Positions 9,986-22,357 of a DNA stretch of 64,000 nt are shown in pieces. The translations under genes were made by a program, and so were the position numbers. Source of the stretch: Felis catus (Eukaryota); NCBI RefSeq assembly GCF_018350175.1, contig NC_058382.1:53632001-53696000 (forward strand). Direction: 5' to 3'. The notes beneath the pieces are model-generated. The model was not told the origin of the DNA. It searched no databases and saw only the letters and a list, made by a program, of their open reading frames with translations. Position 1 is the first letter of the stretch, and every line of letters starts with the position of its first letter.

Positions 9986-12582
9986 TTTGATCTAATTTAT
10001 GGAGGGAATGTTCTTTCAAAAGTAAGAAATGGAATATATAAAATTGAAAAGGGAATCCTAGATGAAGTAACTTTTAAACTCTGAGAGTCTAAGTCCCACT
10101 GTTTCCCTTTTTGTTTTGGCTGCCAGTAAGCTCCCAGACAAATTTTGTGCTCAGTGTCTAAGGCGACTGTTAGGCTAGGTTTGCTGCTAAAATTATAGCG
10201 CTTCCTTTTTATGCTCCGCCCATCATTCTCCACTCAACGCATATACTCTCCACCCATTTCATTTCCTGTATCTTGAACTTTAACCTCCATTTGACACTTT
10301 TATCATTTTATCGTATCTATGTTTATTATAAGCCTAAATTATATTTTGGAAATAAGGGAAGTAGGAGGATATACCAGGATTGGGTATATAAAAAGATAAT
10401 CTGCATGTGCATGTTAATTCATGTACATATAATTTTTTTTATAGATGAGACCTTTCTACTCCAGAATTACTTCCTCAGTGTATAACTATTTAGTAGCCTT
10501 AATTAGTTTTTAAATAAAGGTTATTTTTCCAACATAAAATCAATTTCTTAATTTCCATTAAAAAGTTAGGAAAATACAAAGAAAACAGTAAGAAGAAAGA
10601 AAAAAAATATGTTGTATAGTCTTACCATCTAAAGACAACCATATGAGGACCCATAATATCTTTTCATGCTATTTCACGCTATTTCATGCTATTCCTGCAC
10701 AGATGGCATAATAACAATAATGTGCACATGTATATATATTCTCAATTTCACTATGAAAACATATATTCCTATAATTTTGCAAAACGTTCGCATTTTATAG
10801 TTAAATTATCATTGCCAGAAAAACAGAGTAAAACATAACTCCATATTTCCATTTCTGACTAATGTTAATTAACAAAGATCAGATTTATCCTCTTAAGCAA
10901 CTAGAAATGAATTATGTATATATATATAAATTATATGTTTATAAGATTATATAAATACATAACAGCTTTTAGACAATGGACAACAGGCACCATAGGACTA
11001 TGATTCCTGAAAAAGAGTAAATGGATAAGGTAAACTCTGTGATTTTAACATGTTATTGACTGGAGTCAGTTACCAGGACAGAGCACAAAGACTGAAAACC
11101 TAAGCAGACTCAACTCTCAGTCTTGTTGATTAAGGAGACAGAAGTTAGAGTAAAGGAAAGCCTAGACAACTAGAACTTACGGGTCAGAGTAAGATGACAA
11201 GAGAGGTACGTACAGAAAGAGCTTGAGAGACGTGTATCGGGATGCCCTGGATTCTTTGGTGGAGTGTTAATTTGTACATGAGTGAGAACAAATTACCCAG
11301 GAGAGCGATAGGGAGAAAAAATTCCTTGAGCTCACACAGAACTGAGAATAGTTTGTCTTCCCACCAGCCAGAGAAAAAAAGATCTTAATAAAACACAGGG
11401 CATCAAGTAGAATTCTCAGAAAGCTATTGCCTTAGTATTGGGGCCAAAGCAGACTAAATGCTAATCAGCAAAACGAAGTTTAAGTGTAAGCCTCAAAAGG
11501 ATCCAACAAATTCTAAATAACTTAACAGAGAGTCAAAAACACAACAAAAGCCAGCAATTAACAATATATAACAATGTCCTATATCCAATCAAAAATGTCC
11601 AGACACACAAAAGAGTAGACCAAAAACCAAGAGGAAAGAAATCAATAATCAGAACTAAAAATAACAGGTATTCTAAGGCAATTTTAAATATATCCCATAT
11701 GTTCAAAAAGATAAAGGAAGATAAGAGCATGATGAAGAGAGAAATGAATATATTTTTAAGAGACCAAATAGAACTTGTAGACATGAAAAATACATGTAAT
11801 GGGAATAACGGATTAGACAATGCAGAAGACAAAAGCAATGACCTAACAGATAGAACAACAGAAAGTTTTTTTTTTTTAAAAAGCGAGGGAAAAAAAAAAA
11901 ACCACACATAAAATAGAGGGTCAGTAACCTCTGTAAAATAGAAAGTAGTCTAACATATAAGTAATTGAATTCTAAGAAGGAGGTGGAGGAGGCAGAAAAA
12001 AAATTTTGATGAAACAGTGTTTGAAAATCTTACAAATTTGATGGAAACTAGAAGTCTACAGATCCCAGGGGCTCCCCAATGCACAAAAAGAATAAATCCA
12101 AAGAAAACTCCACCAAAGCACATCAAAATCAAACTGATGAAATCTGAAGCCAAAACAAAAATCTTAAGAGCCATGAGAGGGATATTGCAAATTATGTACA
12201 GAAGAACGAAGATAAAAAGGACGGAAGAATCCTTGCTGACAACTATGTAACATACAATGGAAGGAGATAATAATTTGGATTTCAACAGATTAATGATGAG
12301 TTATGGAAACAGTAAATATATAAGCACATATAAATTACTTTTTCCCCTTCATTTTCCTTCAAGCAAAAAAACCTCTTAAAACAGAATTGACTACTTAAAG
12401 AAAAATAACAGTTTATTGTGGGATTGAGTAGTTCTATAAAGGTAAAATATATGACACAAATATCAAAAAAAATTGGGGGAGGGAATAGATGTAAACTACC
12501 GTAAAGCCTCTTCTACTATACATGAAGTGATATACTATTTGGAGGTGGGCTGTAGTAAGTTACATATATATGTAACCTATAT

Positions 12583-12584
<2 letters not shown>

Positions 12585-12620
<36 letters not shown>
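12585..12620. repeat. (GT)n microsatellite
   Basis: Pure GT run, flanked by TA-rich sequence. Confidence 0.95.
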
Positions 12621-12623
<3 letters not shown>

Positions 12624-12706
12624 CACACATATATCATATATATATGTAATTTACATATAACTATATATATGTACTCATAGAACATTTAAAAAAATTTTTA
12701 TTTATT

Positions 12707-12924
12707 AAAAAAAAATTTTTTTAATGTTTTATTTATTTTTGAGACAGGGAGAGACAGAGCATGAACAGGGGAGGGTCAGAGAGAGGGAGACACAGAATCT
12801 GAAACAGGCTCCAGGCTCTGAGCTGTCAGCACAGAGCCTGACGCGGGGTTCGAACTCACGGACTGTGAGATCATGAACTGAGCCGAAGTCGGCTGCTTAA
12901 CCGATTGAGCCACCCAGGCACCCC
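12707..12924 (-). mobile_element. Feline SINE nested in the tail of another SINE
   Basis: Reverse-complement SINE; TSD AAAATTTT(T)ATTTATT at 12691-12706 and 12925-12939. Confidence 0.92.
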
Positions 12925-13148
12925 AAAATTTTATTTATTTTTGAGAGAGAGAGAGAGGGGCAGACAGACAGACAGACAGAATACGAGCACAGGAGGGACA
13001 GAGAAAGAGGGAGACACAGAATCTGAAGCAGGCTCCAGGCTCTGAGCTGTCAGCACAAAGCCTAACACAGGGCTCGAACTCGTGAACTGCGAGATCACGA
13101 CCTGAGCCGAAGTCAGACACTTAACTGACTGAGCCACCCAGGCACCCC
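12925..13148 (-). mobile_element. Feline SINE (host of the nested copy; tail remnant at ~12688-12706)
   Basis: Reverse-complement SINE ending GAGCCACCCAGGCACCCC; AGAACA flanks at 12679 and 13149. Confidence 0.93.
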
Positions 13149-13411
13149 AGAACAATATTTTTAAAAAGATACACAAAGAGCTAGTATGGTAAGCCATAGT
13201 GGAGATAAAATAACATTTAAAAATACTTGATTGGTCCAAAAGAGGGAAGAAAAAGGAGGGGGAAAAAAAGAAGAAAGAATAGAAGGATTAAATATAAAAC
13301 AAATAACAAGATGATAGATTAAAACTCAACTATATCAATAATTACATTAAATGTAAATGGTCTAAGTACTTTTAAAGAAATTGTCACATTGTATCAAAAA
13401 GCAAGACACAA

Positions 13412-13792
13412 TGTATTAACCAGGGTTCTCCAGAGAAACAGAACCAACAGAATGTATATACAGAGAGATTTACTTTAAGGAATTGGCTCATGCAATTATG
13501 GGGCTTGCAAGTCCAAAATCCTCAGGGTAGGCCAATAGTCTGGAGACACAAGGAAGAAATGATGTTGCTATCTTGAGTCTGAAAGCAACGTGGAAGAAGA
13601 CTTACTTCTTCCTCAGGCCTTCAGCTAATTGGATGAGGCTCACCCACATTAGATTAAAAAATCTACTTTACTCATAGTCTACTGATTTAAATTTAATCTC
13701 ATCTAAAAATTACCACAATATTTAGACCGGTGTTTGACCAAACAACTCATACCAAAGCCTATCTAAGATGACACATAAAATTAACCATCACA
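13412..13792 (-). mobile_element. MLT2 (ERVL) solo LTR inserted in L1 ORF2
   Basis: TGTATTAACCAGGGTTCTCCAGAGAAACAGAACC...GACACATAAAATTAACCATCACA are the MLT2 termini (TG...CA); L1 endonuclease sequence resumes on both sides. Confidence 0.9.
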
Positions 13793-14453
13793 TTCAAATA
13801 CACGCTTTTGTAAGACACCTGCTCTAAACATAAAAACAGAGATAGGCTGAAGTGAAAATATGGTAAAAGATATACCAAGAAAACACCAGTCAAAAGAATG
13901 TTGGAGGGATTAGATTGATATCAGAAAAAGTAGACTTTACAACAAGTAATATTATCAGGGATAAAGAAGGATATTTCATATGCTCAAGAGATCGATTCAT
14001 CCAGAGGACATAGAATCCTAAATGCATGTGCACCTAATAAAAAGCTTCAAATTCCATGAAGCAACATATGATAGGACTGAAATGAGGAATTGACAAAACC
14101 ACAATTATATTTGGAGACTTCGAGACTCCTCTCTCAGTAAATGACAGAAAGAGTTGACAGAAAATCAGTAGGAATGTGGAAGACTCAAACAATGCTGTCA
14201 ACCACTTTGACCTACTTGACATTTCTAGAACACTCCATCCATTAACAGCATGATATCCTTTCTTTTCCAGTGCATATGTAATAGTCACCAAGATAAATTA
14301 TATTCTGAGCCATTAAAACAGAAATTAGTTAATTACCATAGTTGAAATCATGTAAAATATGTCCCTTGCTGCAATGGAATAAAACTACCAATTGATGAGA
14401 GTATGTGGAAAAGCCCAAGACATTTGAAAATTAAACTGAAAACCATTAAGCAA

Positions 14454-14639
14454 GGGGCACCTGGGTGGCTCAGTTGGTTGAGCATCCAACTCTTGATTTT
14501 GGCTCAGCATGATCCCAGGGTGAAGGGATCGAGCCCCATGATCCATGCTTAGCATGCAGCCTGCTTGGGATTCCCGCCCCCGCCTCTCTCTCCCTCTGCC
14601 CCAATCCACCCCCCTCTCTCAACACCCCCCTCAAACACA

Positions 14640-14688
<49 letters not shown>

Positions 14689-14690
14689 AA
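14454..14690 (+). mobile_element. Older Can-SINE with (CA)n tail, inserted in L1
   Basis: GGGGCACCTGGGTGGCTCAGTTGGTT head; decayed TSD AAAACCATTAAGCAA / AAAACTATTAAATAA. Confidence 0.9.
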
Positions 14691-16477
14691 AAAACTATTA
14701 AATAATTCATCAACCAAAGAAGAAATAACATGAGAAAATAGATAGTGTTTTGAAATAAATAAAAACGAAAACACAAATGTCAAAATCTGTAAGATGCAGC
14801 TTAAGCAGCACCAAGAGGAAAAATTATGCTATTAAATTCTTATGTTAGATAAAAGAAAGGTCTCAAATCAGTGATCTTAGCTTCCACCTTCGTAAATTAG
14901 AAGAAAACCAAACTAAAACAAAGGAAGCTGAATCAAGGAAATAATAAAAAATGATCAATCATCAACAAGAACAGATCAAGAAAATAAATGAAGAAGCCAG
15001 TTCTCAGAAAAGAGCTACACAATTGGTAAATCGTCAGATTGAACACACACACACACATACACACACACACACACACAAGAGACAGATGAGCAGGGTAAAG
15101 TCACAAATTACTAAGATCAAGTATCAAGAGAAAGAGATCACAATAGATTTTGCAGACATTAAAAGGATAATAGGGGAATATTATGAACAACTTCATTTCA
15201 ATACATTTATAACAGATAAAATTTGCAATCCCTTGAAAGATACAAAAACAACCAAAGTCCCTTCAAGAAGAAATAGATAACCAATATGGCTTTTATCTAT
15301 TAACTTATAGCTAAGAATATTAATTTACAGCTAAGAATATCAAAATCATGAAAAACATAAAGGAAATAGTGATAAATTTAATTTTTATCAATGTTAAGAC
15401 TTTTACTATTAAAAAAAAACTACTAAAGCTGGGAGAAAATATTTGTAAAACATCTGATAAAAGAATTATATCCAGAATATCAAACTCAGCCTTGCAATTT
15501 AACAACAGAAAAGCAAACAACTCTGTAAAAAATTGGTAAAATATTTGGGTACTTCCCCCAAAGAAGAGAGAGACACTATGCGCCTAAAAATATACTCAAC
15601 GTCAACTGTTACTAGCGACATGCAAATTAAAACCACAAGAGATACAACAACACAGCCACTAGAGTGGCTGAAATTTAAAAGCCAGATAATACCAAATTCC
15701 GGTGAGAATATGGACCAAGGTGTGTGTGTGGGGGGGGGAATCTCATACATTGCCAGTGGGAATGTGAAATGGAAAACCCTAAGGCAGTTTTTCATAGTTA
15801 AATTCACACTTGCCATACAACTCCAGAACCCCACTCCTTGGTATTTATCAAATGAAAGCTTGTTTACACAAAGGCAGTACTGTAATCCTCACACCAGATT
15901 TATTTATGATGGCCCATAACTAGGGATAACTCAAATGATTGTCTATGTGAATAGACACATTGGGATACACCCTGACCATGGAATATTACTCAGCAATAAA
16001 AAAAGTACAGATTACTGATATATTCAGTAACATGGTTAGATCTCCAAACCATGCTAAGTCAAAGTGGTGGGGCTAAAGACTAAACACAGTGGGATTCCAT
16101 TTATATAAATTCCAGATCTGACACAAGTGAAGTCATGGAAAGTAAATCATGGTTTTGAGGGACAGATGAGAGGAGGGAACTATCTACAAAAGGTCATGAG
16201 GGAGTTTTGGGGGATGCTGGAAAGGTCCTATACTTTGATTGTAAAAATGGTTTTACACCTAGGTACATTTATCGAGACTCATTTATTTAAAAAAAAAAGG
16301 CTAATTTATTACATTCTCAAAATTGGTGGATTTTATTTGATATAAATTTTGCCTCAGTAAAGCTGATTATAAAAATAGTAGTTGTCTTTGACATGAAAAT
16401 ATATAAAGAAGAAAAATTAAAGCCCATTATCTAATAATATTCAATCATTACAGAATATGTACAATGTATGATTAATG

Positions 16478-16515
16478 TCTCTATCCCAAGCCCAATTATG
16501 GATTTTCTAGCATAA

Positions 16516-16558
<43 letters not shown>

Positions 16559-17007
16559 TCATATACATGTATACTATGGATTTTCTAGCATAAATGGCAT
16601 ATATATATACATACGTACATATGTATATACATATATACATATACACGTGTATATATACATATATATATACACGTGTATATATGTCTAGACATATATACAC
16701 ATATACATATGTATATATGTCTAGACATATATACACGTGTATATGTGTCTAGACATATATACATATACATATACACATATACACATATACATATACATAT
16801 ACATATATACATGTATATGCTATTTATACACATATACATATATATACATGTATATCCCATTTATACATAAACATATGCATCTATACAGGTGTATGCTATT
16901 TATACATATATACACATATACTTATATAAATATATATCCCATTTATACATATATACATGTATATGCTATTTATGCTAGAAAATCCGTAATTGGGCTTGGG
17001 ATAGAGA
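16478..17007. repeat. Inverted repeat (44-bp arms) enclosing a complex (CA)/(TA) minisatellite
   Basis: 16478-16521 is the reverse complement of 16964-17007 at 42/44 positions; interior made of TATA/CATA units. Confidence 0.9.
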
Positions 17008-17084
17008 TGCACCTATGTACACAGAGTCACTCACATGTACATAAAATAAATTACTTAATACTTTATCAAGTGTATGGGCCAGAT

Positions 17085-17210
17085 TTTATGTAATCATATC
17101 TTAGTTATGGGAACTCAGTTGTTTACCATGTTTTTCCAACATAAAAGATGTTGTGATAAACATGTTTGCACATAAAGGATTTTTCTCAATATTTCATGAC
17201 TTCAATTTAT
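17085..17210 (-). mobile_element. Old L1 (L1ME-like) 3' fragment
   Basis: CAGTTGTTTACCATGTTTTTCCAACATAAAAGATGTTGTGATAAACATGTTTGCACATAAA resembles antisense L1M 3' region. Confidence 0.5.
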
Positions 17211-18199
17211 TTTAACATTAGTCCCCCACCCCCCAAAAAAATGGTCTGTGTAGGACTTTGGATACAATAAGCCCTTTTTCTTCCTAGGAATTTCACTCCT
17301 AGCTGTGTGGCTGCCTGAGCCTCAGAGGGGATCAGCGGCAGAGTAGGGAAAACAACGGGTCTTCCTCTCTCGGTCGTGGGCTCCTGTCGCCTACGTGAGA
17401 AGTACACTAGCTCACACGTGAGAAGCACTTACAGGTGTCAGAAATATTTCTAACCAAGTCTCTATATTAATTCACCTAAACTTTACATGAGCCTCTGACG
17501 TAGGCACCATCAGGTTCTCCATTTTGTAAGGTGCTCAGGACAGGCACGGAGGTGACACGTCTCGCTCCCGGTAACACGGTTCCTGAGCGGCAGAGCTGGA
17601 CGGGGGCTCATTCCAGCCTCCGCCAAACCGCCACTTGACATGTGATAGTGATTCCACCACGGTAACTTTTCCAAACGGAGGCATTTTCAGAGGAAAATGA
17701 TCCTCCTACCCACTTTCTCCTCCTTGTTTTTCTTTCCCTCTCCCTGGGCACTGAAGTTTCCACGCTCCCCAAAAGACTTTGTGGGAATGGGTTAAAATAT
17801 AACGAGAGCTTAAATAATCAAAAGAATAACGTGCTACGCTCAAAATTCCAAGAAACAAAATGATCAAGCAGCAGGGCCTAATAAATCCCTTCTGTACTGG
17901 ATTTCAAAATGGGCAGCGTTGGAGGGCTGACATAAATCCTTTGTGGGTTTAACGCTGACATTTTCCTGCATCCTGACGCACTGGGGGACAAACAGTGTAA
18001 ATCCTCTGGTTGGAATCGGTGCCCTGTTTTGTGTGCACAGCTTACGTTCTGAGGCCCACCCTATGACACACAAAACTTGTTTCAGAGACCAGCTCCCCAG
18101 GCAGGACGTCTAACTGCCTGATCTGCTTTGAAATGAACTGAGATGTTCTCAAGAGGCTGTGTGTTCCTAAACCTCTTTTCCTGGTCCTCTCTCTCTCTC

Positions 18200-19175
18200 T
18201 GGGGCTAATCTCATCCTTCCCAGGGCTTTCCGTACTTGATCTCCCAACAAAATCTCCAGCCCAAGTCCTTCCTGAGACAGTCAGACCTATCCACCTTCTA
18301 CCTTCTCACTAATTCCTGTTGGAAGTCTAGAATCATCTTAAATTTTATGTCAGTCAGAAACAACTCTTCAATTTCCTTTTTCTCCCCAACCTGGCTCCCT
18401 CCTATCTAGTCTATCTCCCTAAATGGCACCACTATGTACACATTTGTTCAGGCAAAAGCGGGGAGAAAAGGGGTAACTGGACCTCACGTTTCCCTTCCTC
18501 ACGTCCAAACACGAACCCCATTGATTATGCCTACTTCCACCTTCTCTCTTAATCACCCTCCCCCTTGCTTGGATCAGTGCCGTAGCCAACTGACTGATAA
18601 GCCCCATCCATTGTTGGTTCTCCTACAAATCTATTCTCTCCCGGCAGCCCAAGTGATCTTTTTGAAACACAAATCTGACCATATCACTCATGGCTGAAAC
18701 TCATCGGTGGATTCCCATTGTTCAGAGGATAAAGCGAAACTCCATGGCATAGCCTGCCCGATCCTATTTGCTCTGGCTTCTGACCTCCCCGGTAGCCTCA
18801 CCTCACTCTCCTCTGCAGCCACACTGACGCATCTCTACTTGCTTCCCTGTCTCTCCAGCTTCCCAATTCATAACCCATCTTTTTGTTTGCTCAGCTGGAG
18901 GGTCCCTTCTTCAAAGGAGTTTTCCCTTGCCCACCCACATCCAGGCAAAGGGTATCCACATTTTCTCGTGTGTTCCTGTCCTTGGTTGATTTACTATATT
19001 TGCAATTATAAAGTCATTTTCACACCTTCTTACCGAATGCTTGATTCTGTCAGTAGACTTTCAGGTTCGTGGGGGCAGGATCTGTATCTTACGTGTTTAT
19101 TGTGAGATCTCCAGAGCTAACCCAGAGCCTGGCCACACAGAATGGTACTCAGTAAATGCACATGGAATCAACAAA
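18200..19175 (+). mobile_element. L2 (L2a/b-like) 3' portion
   Basis: ATCTCCAGCCCAAG..., GCAGCCCAAGTGATCTTTTTGAAACACAAATCTGACCATATCACTC, 3' end CAGAGCCTGGCCACACAGAATGGTACTCAGTAAATG. Confidence 0.85.
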
Positions 19176-20061
19176 ATCAAAAAAGGCTTTCTGTACACAG
19201 GCAGAAGTTAGAATCAGCCCTAACCCTCATAACAGTGTCTGAGTTGGCACAGAAGTCAACGTGCCTTTGTGAAATCCATGCTAGGACTGGACATCAAGTT
19301 CACTAGCCTCTGCAGAGTCACCTCCTTCAAAGACTCTCTCTGCCTACTGGTGACACGCTCCCCACAGCCACGGGAGCTTCTATTCCCTCAGAGCCTGAGA
19401 CCTTGGTGGGCCGGAGCACTTGGGTCCACCCCTCCTGTAAAAACTTAATCCAGAAAGAAAAATAAATAAATAAAGAGAAAGCAGAACGAGAAGGCTGCCT
19501 TTATTACAGCTAAAACTGTTGGCTTAACTTCCCAAAATACCGTTGAATTTTCTTTTTGCATACAGCTGTGTTTATAGAAGGCAATATCATGTATGTAAAT
19601 AAATTCAGATGCCGCTTGAGTTATTTTAAAACAATCAGTCTAACACTAATCAGCTTACTCAGAGACGTAATCTTACCCTAAAAAAGTGACAAATGAGTAC
19701 ACAGTGTGCTGAGTAAAATACATGGAGAATAAGTGGGATGTAAGTGTTAGAATGACGCCTGTGGTCATTCCAGATGCATCAAGGGAATGGCCTTGCCCTT
19801 CACTCACCTCCTCCCAGCTTCCTGGAAGTATAGCAGGTGCGCATGTGACGCTAGCAATAATTTTGCTCCCGATTCTCTATGAAAGCCACGCCTTTCCCCC
19901 CACCATGCTTATGCTAGTTTCTTTGCTGGAAATCTGTGGCACCTCTTGGCCTTACAGAAAAACAGCCTCTGCTTCAAGGTCCACCTTGCAGATCTTCTCT
20001 TCCACAGATTATATTCTCTTGCCTCGTATTTATTTTTAGAGCACCTTCCATAATTCCTAAA

Positions 20062-20250
20062 AATTATTGAGCATGAACTGTGTGTCCGACACTCCGAAAG
20101 ACACTCTACGTGTGTTCATTCAGTGGGTCCTCACCCACGAGATCCTACGATCATCCCCTCATTTCACAGGTGAGGAAACTGAGGCGATGGGTGGTTAAGA
20201 GCTTGCCCAAGCTCACACAGCTAGCAAACGGCTAGACCAAGGATCCAACA
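20062..20250 (-). mobile_element. MIR
   Basis: CATTTCACAGGTGAGGAAACTGAGGC...CTTGCCCAAGCTCACACAGCTAG. Confidence 0.85.
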
Positions 20251-20789
20251 CCTCCTTCCCTGCCCATAGCTGCTACTTATCAGTTGGCACCGCATTGTGT
20301 ATTACGCTCAAGTTATTTCCAAGTGTGCAAATTCAAAGAGAGAAATTTGGTTGTTGGAGAAATGTGGAAACAGGCTGAGGAGGGCAAAGTAAATTGGTAG
20401 TCTCCGATTTCTCAGATAATAAGGGAGGAGATTGGATCTCAACGTCCCTCTCTCTCCCTCTGTCTGCTTTCTTTCTAGCCCAAAACATGTCAAAGGGCTA
20501 GTTTAATTTCCCTCTGGTTATTTTTTTTACAAATAACTACGTCTTGAGGGCGATCGCCAGCACATGATAGTTGAACAATAAAGTGGTTCTTATTGTTTTA
20601 ATTGTTGTTGGGGTTTAATGGGTACCATGTGTGATGCAAAGAACATCCTTGGGTTTCTTTTGAAGAGTTTACAATCCAGCTGAGGACAAATTAATGCCTG
20701 TGCCTTCACAAAGTGAACACTAAGATTTTGTAATCCGTAACCCAATCTGGCCTTCAGAAGAGGGTGACAGGAGGCTGGCCGGGTCCCTG

Positions 20790-20975
20790 GTGAGACGAGC
20801 AGGGCTGGATTGCAATCCCAGCTCTCCTGGGACCAGCTGCGTGACCTTGGCCAAGGTTCTGCCCACCCATGAGCCTTTGTCCCCTTGTTTATAACATGAG
20901 AATAGCACCCTCCTTCACGTTCTGCACAGGAGTGAATGGGGCACGTGGCAATGCCTGGTACTGGGTATACTGGGG
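20790..20975 (+). mobile_element. MIR
   Basis: AATCCCAGCTCT...CAGCTGCGTGACCTTGGCCAAG. Confidence 0.75.
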
Positions 20976-21317
20976 AGGCATAGATCAGGGCCAGTCCAAC
21001 CTTGCTTTTCCTTTCACTGGGCTGTTCACTATCGCCAACGGTAAAGAATGAAATAGGGAGCTCACAATTTCTCATGTGTGTTCCCTGTGTGCTGGCAGGA
21101 AGCCCCACCCCGCCCCCCAAACCGTGTGGCAGACTCCAGGATTATCTCCTAGAACTTCTCCAAAGCCATTCATTTCTTTTTATGGGGCATATTTATCTGC
21201 TTTTTGAACTTCGTAACACGTGAGAGACTCTTCGAAACTAGCCAGCGTATAGCGCTTACTACAAACCAACCCTGGGAATTTTGAAAGCATAGGCCCAAGA
21301 GGATGGGAGGAACGTTT

Positions 21318-21548
21318 ATCACCATGATCCGCAGACTACCATTGCTATTATGCTGTAATCATTATTATTGCCCTGGTGTCTATCGCCATTACAATTTCTG
21401 AAACTATTACTATGTCTCTTCCGACCACTACAAATGCTACGACCACTACCATTCCCACCATCGGGTCTATACCTCCGCCTACACCCTTCACTGCTGCTCC
21501 AACTACCACCACTATCCTGCTAGTCATCCTGCTACTGGAAACTATTCA
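21318..21548. repeat. Degenerate (ACC/ACT/ATT)n triplet low-complexity tract
   Basis: Runs such as ACCACTACCATT, ACTATTACT; abuts the tail of an antisense MIR (~21550-21745). Confidence 0.7.
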
Positions 21549-22105
21549 ATTTTTGGTAATGCTTACTAGGTACCAAGCACTGTGCGAAACACTTTACATA
21601 CATTTTGCACTAAGCCGTCGGAGAAGTTCTGTGCTGGAGGGATTTCTACTGTTCTCATCTGACGGGTGAGTAAATCGACGCTTGGGGATTAAATGACCAT
21701 CCCACAGCCCTGTCCTGGTAAAGGGCAGGGCTCAAACTCCCACTGGGTCTCTCTGATCCCCAGGCCTGTGCTCTTTCTGAATCTCCACGCAGCTTCCAGT
21801 CATCTCAGCTTTTGCACAATGTGTTTTTGACATTTTTCTTTTTCCATGTTCTTGGGCAGGGAGATGGGAAGTCCACCCAGGAGGGAAGGACAATGACTGG
21901 ACACGGAGCTTCAAGGTAAACAGGAAGCTCACACAAAGCCGCCAGCCAGCCGGGCAGCTTGTCTGCTGACCTTGGCCTTTGTCATCCTCCCCACATCCCT
22001 CTGAATGAGCAGTTCCACACCTGAGCTAATCCATGCAATGACATTTCCAGGTAGGCGTTTGCCATCTCTTGCTTGGATGACCAGCAAGAGAACCACAGAT
22101 GGGTG

Positions 22106-22149
22106 CACACACACGCACACACACACATACACACGCGCACACACACACA
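22106..22149. repeat. Imperfect (CA)n microsatellite
   Basis: Direct reading. Confidence 0.9.
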
Positions 22150-22357
22150 TAGATCAAAGATGGTGGGTAAACATCTTACATTTACACAGAGTCTTTGTTG
22201 CCTGGGTCCTCTTTGCCTGCTCTCCACTCCCATCTTTGATCCTGCAGTTGAACAGGCACATCCTATTGACCCATGAAAAAGAAATGGACGTTACCGACTC
22301 TCCCTAATGCTTGTGGCACTTTAGTCTGCGCGAGGGGCAAAGCTACTAGAGGGTGCA

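Larger units (their letters stand above)
10850..16372 (+). mobile_element. Ancient LINE-1 (L1M/L1ME-like), decayed, interrupted and internally deleted
   Basis: ORF1p-like remnant (…QCTKRINPKKTPPKHIKIKLMK…KILRA, 12017-12250); ORF2 endonuclease start ATTACATTAAATGTAAATGGTCTAA (ITLNVNGL) ~13341; ORF2 remnants such as ITIDFADIKRIIGEYYEQL ~15140; ORF2 C-terminal region and 3'UTR ending CCTCAGTAAAGCTGATTATAAAA. Confidence 0.9.

Noticed and set aside
11699..15919. ORFs resembling L1 ORF1p/ORF2p
   Set aside because: Fragmented by stops, frameshifts and insertions; fossil, not a CDS
16431..17093. Tyr/Ile/His-rich ORFs; superficial CRISPR-like periodicity
   Set aside because: Microsatellite translation; no unique spacers, no cas genes, eukaryotic context
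21376..21669. Mucin-like Thr-rich ORF with hydrophobic stretch
   Set aside because: Translation of a degenerate triplet repeat running into a MIR
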